Below are positions 57,332 to 64,000 of a stretch of DNA of 64,000 bases, in pieces. Under the pieces are notes generated by a model. It was not told the DNA's origin. It was given only the letters and a program-made list of their open reading frames with translations, and made no database searches. The DNA comes from Candidatus Woesearchaeota archaeon (GTDB taxonomy: Archaea > Nanobdellota > Nanobdellia > Woesearchaeales > JABIAG01): NCBI GenBank assembly GCA_018653365.1, contig JABIAG010000001.1, positions 480,001 to 544,000 on the forward strand. Reading direction: 5' to 3'. The number at the start of each line of letters is the position of its first letter. Within the stretch, counting starts at the first letter, position 1. Position numbers and translations under genes: made by a program.

Positions 57332-57865
57332 ATGAAACGCCGACAGAGTATGTGCCTGACAGCAGCAGTGATTTTAGCAGGATGTAGTACTGTAAAACCT
57401 CCGATTAATAAACCTGAAAAATATTTCTTAATTCTTGGAACTGAGGGAGCAATGGCAACAATGTACAACTGCGTAACTGAATTAAATCCCGAACGACATT
57501 TAACCGTAATAGATGGATGGAGCATGCATTATCCCTCTGATCAGGAACCAACAAGAAAAAACATGTTACGAACACTAAGAAGATTAGCAAAACAAGTCGA
57601 CGCCAACGATTCATTTTATGTTTTTGTTGGAAGAGGAGTTTGGAATAAAGGATTGTTAACACAAGAAGAACTAGATTCATTACTTGACAAAATCCGACCT
57701 GAAGATGGATTACAATTCCAAATGCAATCAACAACAAGATGCTACATTCGCAAAAAAAGTGTTGGCCAAGGATGGTATGACTGGAAAAGAAGAAAAACTC
57801 TTAATTTTAAACATCACTCTCCAGCGTATAGAGAAAGAAATAGACGAAGTAATCAGAGAATATAA
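57332..57865 (+). CDS. putative lipoprotein with caspase/C13-like fold fragment
   Basis: ILAG-C lipobox; PTRKNM...L..LA......DSFYVF. Confidence 0.5.
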   Translation: MKRRQSMCLTAAVILAGCSTVKPPINKPEKYFLILGTEGAMATMYNCVTELNPERHLTVIDGWSMHYPSDQEPTRKNMLRTLRRLAKQVDANDSFYVFVGRGVWNKGLLTQEELDSLLDKIRPEDGLQFQMQSTTRCYIRKKSVGQGWYDWKRRKTLNFKHHSPAYRERNRRSNQRI

Positions 57866-57929
57866 TTTTATCATTCTGAACACCCTCTTATCACAAATAT
57901 TTATAAACTGATTATGTTCTCTGGAATAT

Positions 57930-58769
57930 ATGACAAAGTTAACAGAACACATAGAAAAAAAAGTAAGAAAAACAATCCGACAGTATAAACTTTTCAATCA
58001 CAAAAGTAAGATTCTAATGGCAGTATCTGGAGGAAAAGACTCCACAGTTTGTGTGTATTTGTTGAAGAAGTTAGGGTATGATGTTGAAGCAATAACAATA
58101 GACGCATCAATTGGAGACTATACTGAAACAAACTTAAAAAATATTAAGAAAGTATGTAAAAAATACGAAATTAAACTGCACGTTATCTCATTCAGAGAAG
58201 AATTTGGAAAATCACTATGTTATATGCGAGATGTATTGCGCACTAAAGGACACAAATACTCCTCTTGTATGCTGTGTGGGATACTTAAACGTTATTTACT
58301 AAATAAGTACGCTAGAGAATTAAAAGCAGATGTACTGGCAACGGGACACAATTTAGATGATGAAGCACAAGCATTCTTAATGAACGTATTTAAGAACGAT
58401 TTCTTCTTAGCAAAAAAGCAAGGACCTAAATCAGATCAGGTCTCAAAACGATTTATACCTAGAGTAAAACCACTTTATTTAATTAGCGAAGAAGAAGCAT
58501 TACAGTTTTCTAAACAAATGAAGTTCCCAGTAAAATATGGAATTTGTCCCTGTTCTGTTGGAGCCCATAGAAGAAAACACAAGAACATACTTGACGAATT
58601 AGAAAAGAAAAACCCTGGAGTAAAGTACTCAGTAATACGTTTCCAGGAAGAAATGAAACTTAAACTGAAAAAAGTAAAAAAAGCAAAAGTAAACTTATGC
58701 GAGTGTGGAGAACCTACAAAAGTAAAAATTTGCCGTGTATGTCAAATATTTAAAGAATTAGAACTTTGA
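57930..58769 (+). CDS. TtuA/Ncs6-family tRNA 2-thiolation protein
   Basis: SGGKDS, C..C...KR and TGHNLDDEAQ motifs; C-terminal Zn finger. Confidence 0.9.
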   Translation: MTKLTEHIEKKVRKTIRQYKLFNHKSKILMAVSGGKDSTVCVYLLKKLGYDVEAITIDASIGDYTETNLKNIKKVCKKYEIKLHVISFREEFGKSLCYMRDVLRTKGHKYSSCMLCGILKRYLLNKYARELKADVLATGHNLDDEAQAFLMNVFKNDFFLAKKQGPKSDQVSKRFIPRVKPLYLISEEEALQFSKQMKFPVKYGICPCSVGAHRRKHKNILDELEKKNPGVKYSVIRFQEEMKLKLKKVKKAKVNLCECGEPTKVKICRVCQIFKELEL

Positions 58770-59323
58770 TTTTGTTGTAACATTTTAAGACGTTCAACTT
58801 CCCGGACATGATAATGGTATCTTGCAAGTACTGATTGAAAAAAAACAACTCTTTCTTGAGGCTGAGAAACATAATTTAATTTAATGCCTTCTTTCTTTCC
58901 ACCAGTTGTTTCAATAATGATGCTTCCTGCACCAAATAACGCAGAAATTCCTTTTTTAGTATAATTAACCTTGACAATATTTGCCATGTCAACATCCTCT
59001 CTCTTAAAACCACAAGAACAAACAAGTTTATCAGAAAAAATATCCACCCTCTTCATAACTGCAGTAATAGTGTTGTAAAACGAAACAATAAACACTAAGA
59101 AAAAAATAACTACAACTAAATATTGCATAACCGTATCTGCACTAGCATTAAATCCTAAAAATTGTAATGATTCAAACACAATAGAAAAATCAACCAAAGT
59201 ATTCACGATAAATAATGCACCAAGTAATATTAATGCGGGAAACGCCCACCCAATAAAAGAAGAGAGGAATCCCTTAAAACCATTAGATTCAATCTTACCA
59301 ACAACTAAAGGTTCATTTTCCAT
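58742..59323 (-). CDS. membrane protein with bacterial PH domain
   Basis: 2 TM followed by LFG.GSI.IET.G. Confidence 0.75.
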   Translation of the reverse strand: MENEPLVVGKIESNGFKGFLSSFIGWAFPALILLGALFIVNTLVDFSIVFESLQFLGFNASADTVMQYLVVVIFFLVFIVSFYNTITAVMKRVDIFSDKLVCSCGFKREDVDMANIVKVNYTKKGISALFGAGSIIIETTGGKKEGIKLNYVSQPQERVVFFQSVLARYHYHVREVERLKMLQQNQSSNSLNI

Positions 59324-59354
59324 AATAAGTTAATGAAGAATAGGTATATAAACT

Positions 59355-59663
59355 TTACTTATCAATCTCGGCCTTAATCTTCTTAAGAACTGCATCTAGA
59401 GCAAAATATAAATTACGATCTACAACTTGAGAAGCAAATACTTTTCCATTATCAGTAACCTTAGCATGAAGTTCTACTTGCTTGTTTTCAGAACCAATAT
59501 GTTTTAATTGTAAATGTAACTTTTCAAAATTAGAACAAGAATCTTTGAATTTTCTAGCGTAATTACCAACAATCTTATTGATAACAACATTATTAATTTT
59601 CTCGACCTCACGAAACCCAGAAAGTTCTATGTTTCCACCCAAAGTAATTACTTCATCTGTCAT
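59355..59663 (-). CDS. HPF/RaiA-like ribosome-associated protein
   Basis: beta-alpha-beta-beta-beta-alpha pattern ending NLYFALDAVL.KI. Confidence 0.6.
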   Translation of the reverse strand: MTDEVITLGGNIELSGFREVEKINNVVINKIVGNYARKFKDSCSNFEKLHLQLKHIGSENKQVELHAKVTDNGKVFASQVVDRNLYFALDAVLKKIKAEIDK

Positions 59664-59779
59664 AATTGATAATATGTGGACTTTAGAATATATAAAGTTT
59701 AGTTATATAGTTTCTATATATTTGCGGTTGAGTAAGATTTAAATACTAGTTGAAATATGGATGATAAAAGAGGTGAGTG

Positions 59780-60485
59780 CATGGAACTAATATTAACAAA
59801 AAAACCAAAGAACGTAACAATAATTGAGGGCTTTCCTGGTTTTGGACTTGTTGGAACCATAACAACAGAATTTCTTACTAACCATTTAGAGTGTGAACCC
59901 ATAGGACAAATAATAGTAAAAGATGTAGCACCAATAGTAGCAATTCATACAGAAAAATTAGTTAAACCAATCTCTTTATTCTATAACAAAAAATATAATT
60001 TGTTGATTATACATTCAATATCTCCTGGAACAAAAGCAGAATGGAAAATTGGAGAGGCAGTAAGCCAAATTATAAAACAAACTCAAGCAAAACAAATAAT
60101 AAGTTTAGAAGGAGTGATGAATCAAACTCAACCAAACGAAAACGTATTCTTTTATAGTAATAATGCTAGTGTTTCTAAAAAATTAGAATCATTAAAATTA
60201 TTAAAAATGAAAGAGGGAATTGTAGTTGGAGTAACTGCAGCATTACTAACAAATACTTCAAGTAATTTCTTAGCATTCTTTGCAGAAACACATACAGACA
60301 TGCCAGACTCTAGAGCCGCTGCTCGAATGATAAAAGCATTAGATGTTTATTTGGGGCTAAAAGTTGATTATAAGCCATTAATAAAACAAGCTGAACTGTT
60401 TGAAGCTAAAATCAAAAACATTGTTGAGAAAGGCAATGCCGCTGCAGTGGTTCAAAAAGAAAAACAGATTAGTTATGTTGGTTAA
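59780..60485 (+). CDS. PAC2-family proteasome assembly chaperone
   Basis: IEGFPGFGLVGTI and PD.RAAA motifs; GAGGTGA RBS. Confidence 0.9.
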
Positions 60486-60949
60486 ACTATTGTTACAAAG
60501 TTATATGTTTGGCTTAAATCACGTAATGCGTCGTCTAATTTGGCATTGGCAGTACTGATTCTGGAAAAATAATTATCTTTATGATCATTTAATAAAATTA
60601 ATGAAACGCTTTTTGGAAATGTTCTTCTAGGAATAGCACTTAAACTTACTAATCTTGCAGATTTTAATAGTCCCATAAGACCCCTAAATTCCCTTGCATT
60701 ACACCCGCCATTAAATGAAACAAAAAAGTCAACAGGAAATTGAGGTAAAACTAATTGAACACTATCTCTTGTTAAAACATAACTTGTTTTAACCAGTTTT
60801 CTACGATCCTTTTTAAGCAAACAAAAAGAGTCAGAAAGAACTAGCTCAGTAGCTGTTGTTTTTTGAACTTCATATCCTTGATCGTGGGCATATAAAATAC
60901 TTTTAACATGCCGTGTTAAAATATCTTCGGGGGTGTTTTCTAAATTCAT
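60482..60949 (-). CDS. hypothetical protein
   Basis: ORF; ATG 60949 preferred. Confidence 0.55.
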   Translation of the reverse strand: MNLENTPEDILTRHVKSILYAHDQGYEVQKTTATELVLSDSFCLLKKDRRKLVKTSYVLTRDSVQLVLPQFPVDFFVSFNGGCNAREFRGLMGLLKSARLVSLSAIPRRTFPKSVSLILLNDHKDNYFSRISTANAKLDDALRDLSQTYNFVTIV

Positions 60950-61163
60950 ATTTGTTGGTTTAAGGCGGATTTTATAAAGATTTTTAGCTTTGCACATTAA
61001 CTCATAATGCACAAAAAGGGTTTAGAAGGGTTGTGCGTAATGGATTCAAATAGTAACAAATAGTTTTTGTGCAAACCCAGGCAAGAGATTGCACAATAAG
61101 TCGATCTAATTGTTTTCATCAATTAAGAGAAAAAATCAAGTACTTTTTGAAAAAACGTCCGAT

Positions 61164-61191
61164 TATTCGTTTAATAGTGGTTATACGTAAT
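61164..61191. other. dif-like Xer recombination site
   Basis: TATTCGTTTAA-tagtgg-TTATACGTAAT (11-6-11). Confidence 0.5.
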
Positions 61192-61274
61192 TAAATTTAA
61201 TTTTCTCATCTAGAAAAAGGGAAGTTTCTCTTTAAGTTAGAATGGCAATTTCTTAAAAAGAAAGAGGAGTGTTA

Positions 61275-62294
61275 TTAATTTCGCATGCTATTATGCACTA
61301 CTAATTTAATTGAATATCCTTTTTCTTTAATCAACTGCTTTGTCATATCAAGTTTTTTAAAATCCATTGAAGATTCTATATAATAATCAATCCTATAAGC
61401 ATATTTTTTTATATTTAAAGGGAAAAAACTAACTCCTGCATCATCTCCAGGATGAGCGCAAATAAATTTATTAGGAACTTTCATGTGGATCACATGCCCA
61501 TAATACTGCTTGGTGTCTGGATATTTTTTAATTTTATGGGGGGAAACATTAAAATAAATAGCCTGTGCCCTAAGTTCGTGTAGTCCAACCTGTTTAATGT
61601 AATCGTAAATATGTCCAAAAAAGTTATCCTCTTCGGCTAATTTATCAAGTGCCCCTTCCAGTGATTCTGTTCCATATTTTTCACAATAATGTTTAACAAA
61701 CTTTTCATCTCTAGCAATTTTTCCAAAAATTTCTGCTATTTCTTCAGGCGTAATATTATCCTCATATGCTGAAATAAAATATCCTATAGCGGTTAAAAAA
61801 TAAAGCGAATCAGTATTATTGTATTTACCTGACGGGTAAAGAAATCCAGACTTAAGAGGTGCTATTAGTGAAGGAGTTCCATGTTCTATATATGATTTTC
61901 CCGCTAACCAACGTCTACCTCCTGTGTGTTTTGCTAAGAAAATTCCTTTTTCTAAAATTTCTTCAAATTGTTCTTTATTTTTATCTATCGATAATTCTGT
62001 TTTATCAAGTTCTTTAATCTTTTCTAATAATGCTTTAATTCCCTCAAAACTAGAAAAATTATCATCTCTAAGTGCTTTAATTAATTCATCGACGTTTATC
62101 ATTAATTCTTGTAGGATGGTCTTAAAACTCGTAGGATATCCTTCTGGTTCAATGAGATAGAATATACTTCCTAAATGTTCCTTTATTTTCTTTGCAGCAC
62201 CAATAACTCCTTTTAACTTTTTTTTATTAAGACAATTTTCAATTAATTGGACTAATGCTAATATTCTTTTAAGATCCTTACCCGTTCTATTCAT
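61275..62294 (-). CDS. hypothetical protein
   Basis: Long ORF; ATG 62294 preferred. Confidence 0.65.
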   Translation of the reverse strand: MNRTGKDLKRILALVQLIENCLNKKKLKGVIGAAKKIKEHLGSIFYLIEPEGYPTSFKTILQELMINVDELIKALRDDNFSSFEGIKALLEKIKELDKTELSIDKNKEQFEEILEKGIFLAKHTGGRRWLAGKSYIEHGTPSLIAPLKSGFLYPSGKYNNTDSLYFLTAIGYFISAYEDNITPEEIAEIFGKIARDEKFVKHYCEKYGTESLEGALDKLAEEDNFFGHIYDYIKQVGLHELRAQAIYFNVSPHKIKKYPDTKQYYGHVIHMKVPNKFICAHPGDDAGVSFFPLNIKKYAYRIDYYIESSMDFKKLDMTKQLIKEKGYSIKLVVHNSMRN

Positions 62295-62707
62295 AATAAC
62301 ATTTAAAAGATTCAAAGCATTTAAATATTTCCATTTAATATAATACGAAACAGTTGAAGAAAAAGAAGAAGAATATTTATGTGGGATAAATGTGAAGACG
62401 AACAGGTCTATAAAGTACCCCTTGTTCTCGTTCACGCGTATTTTAAACTAGACATTCAATTCTTATGGTAAAGTTTTTGTGTAAAGCCAAGATTTTTGAT
62501 GAATAATTAGTTTAGTTGTTGCTAGAAGGTTTTAGACACATATTATTCGGTCTTGTCTTAAATCTTTTGTCTATGCTTGAATGTAGTTGAGTTAAAGGTT
62601 TTAGTCTTTGCTTAAATGTTTTATTAAGTATTTTCTTACTTTAAAATTAGTTTAAGAATTAATAAATTTACCGTTTTCTTTATAAAAACACCCAAATTAA
62701 CAATCTC

Positions 62708-63409
62708 ATGATCCCACCAAGATATCCCGAACCCAATTTACCTCAAATTGCAGAAATATATAGACAAATCACCATGAAAACACGAGGTAATGTTGCTGAA
62801 ATAGGGCCATTATTGGCAGAAGCTAGACTGCGCCGAATAGTTGATGTGTGTTGTGGAGTGGGAGATTTAACCGTAATATATGCCGACAGCTGCCAACAAA
62901 CAGAAGTAATAGGGATAGATAATGATCCTAAATCACTTGATATCGCAAGAAGACATTTTATGAGACCAAACATAACCTATGTGGAAGGAAACATTTATGA
63001 TTTGGACTACCTGGGTGCAGATTTTGTTCAATGTAGTGACGCATTGCATCATTTAGATCTTTTGCCTGCAATAAAAGCAATGAAAAAAACATTAAGACCG
63101 GGAGGGATTCTTGGAATAAGAGATTTTGATAGAACACATACATTTAATGGAAGTTTAGCAGAAATCCTGCCCGTAATGTATAAAGCAAGAAAATTTGGAG
63201 AATATCCTTTTCTTTGTTTTCTTAATCAATCGGGCCTGTTGGAAGATTCTTGCTTACCTCATTTAGTTTCAAAAATGGCAGCATATACTACTGCTGAAGT
63301 AGTCACAGTTTTAAGAGAAGAAGGAATGTTTGCAGGAGAAACAACAAACACAACCGCTCTAGGATCAGAAGAAGTATTAATGGGTATAGCGGTTACAAAA
63401 CGAGATTAA
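62708..63409 (+). CDS. class I SAM-dependent methyltransferase
   Basis: VDVCCGVG, ALHH and LRPGG motifs. Confidence 0.85.
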   Translation: MIPPRYPEPNLPQIAEIYRQITMKTRGNVAEIGPLLAEARLRRIVDVCCGVGDLTVIYADSCQQTEVIGIDNDPKSLDIARRHFMRPNITYVEGNIYDLDYLGADFVQCSDALHHLDLLPAIKAMKKTLRPGGILGIRDFDRTHTFNGSLAEILPVMYKARKFGEYPFLCFLNQSGLLEDSCLPHLVSKMAAYTTAEVVTVLREEGMFAGETTNTTALGSEEVLMGIAVTKRD

Positions 63410-63650
63410 ATACATTGGCATATCTTGGACATTCTCGTTCCAAAGCAGAAACTGTTCGAACATCATAATTACCTGCAACTTTAGCCATTTCACCAAATTC
63501 ATTAACAACTCTGGGTTTAGCATTATCTTCATCACCCCAACGAGAAATTTGATCATAATCAAAACCAAGAAACTTAGCAGCAAACGCATTAAACGCCCAA
63601 GTTTCATAAGTTCCATTTTCTAATTCATGAATGTCTGAATACCTACTCAT
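63393..63650 (-). CDS. hypothetical protein
   Basis: ORF with upstream TATA-like element. Confidence 0.5.
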   Translation of the reverse strand: MSRYSDIHELENGTYETWAFNAFAAKFLGFDYDQISRWGDEDNAKPRVVNEFGEMAKVAGNYDVRTVSALERECPRYANVFNLVL

Positions 63651-63745
63651 ATGAAAAAAGTAATTAATTCAAAAATATAAAGATTAGGGAAGTTTAGTAG
63701 GGGTTTTCAACCCAAATAAGGGTATCGAGGCCGTTTTAGCTATAA

Positions 63746-63773
63746 AGTTCGCATAATACTGACTATGAGAAGG
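63746..63773. other. dif-like site in the promoter region of the xerA-like gene
   Basis: AGTTCGCATAA-tactga-CTATGAGAAGG imperfect 11-6-11 palindrome. Confidence 0.6.
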
Positions 63774-63803
63774 TTTAAATAGTAGAAGTGTGCTTGATTT
63801 GGT

Positions 63804-64000
63804 ATGAAAGTAGAAAAAATGCATGAATATGTTGAAAAAGTAGGGGTTGAACTCAAATTAAGGGGGTGTTCGCCAAGAACCATAGATTCATATTTGTTTT
63901 TTCTAAAACCTTTTCTAAAATCAATAGATGATCCTGAAACCATAACCTTAGATCAGGTAAAAGTACATTTAGCTAGTTTAATAGATATATATTGCAATAA
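63804..64000 (+). CDS. partial XerA-like tyrosine recombinase (N-terminal SAM-like domain; runs off right edge)
   Basis: Manual translation MKVEKMHEYVEKVGVELKLRGCSPRTIDSYLFFLKPFL... Confidence 0.75.
   Translation, partial: MKVEKMHEYVEKVGVELKLRGCSPRTIDSYLFFLKPFLKSIDDPETITLDQVKVHLASLIDIYCN

Noticed and set aside
57684-57911. ORF ending IEKEIDEVIREYNF, resembling the TtuA N-terminus
   Set aside because: The similarity is short and the ORF overlaps 57332-57865; it cannot be distinguished from chance.
244-63943. Many short ORF-track entries antisense or out of frame to long genes (e.g. 244-426, 8975-9343, 42054-42341, 56367-56792, 63740-63943)
   Set aside because: They are shadows of well-supported CDSs.
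1-64000. CRISPR array or cas operon (DUF2779 has a Cas4-like domain)
   Set aside because: No regularly spaced repeats and no cas1/cas2 or effector genes were seen.
60950-64000. Archaeal integron (IntI plus attC cassettes)
   Set aside because: Only the recombinase N-terminus is visible, neighbouring genes alternate strands, and no repeated attC structure was found.

Overview
This is an AT-rich archaeal chromosome segment. The gene set (TFB, PolB, IleRS, Rpl10e/uL16, NOG1, PAC2, archaeal TpiA, class III signal-peptide proteins) points to a DPANN archaeon, probably Woesearchaeota-like; that assignment is an inference. About 27 kb (6553-33854) is an integrated element at the 3' end of an intron-containing tRNA-Ser(UGA), bounded by a short direct repeat, with a tyrosine integrase next to the tRNA. 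The element encodes an apparently minimal conjugation-like apparatus: a PrgI + VirB4-like ATPase + PD-(D/E)XK-like fusion, a VirB2-like pilin and a VirB6-like protein. I could not recognise a relaxase, coupling protein or replicase in it. It also carries several RHH proteins and defence-type cargo: type I R-M coupled to Trypco2 and DUF2779, an orphan Zn-finger C5 methyltransferase, a Panacea/SocA protein, a DUF4365 protein and Nmad3. The right half is mostly housekeeping genes interspersed with orphans, including a bacterial-type lgt, lipobox proteins and pilin-like paralogues. It ends in a partial XerA-like recombinase. Several dif-like 11-6-11 sites occur, two of which share an identical 13-bp arm. 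All family assignments come from motif recognition by eye; no database searches were run.
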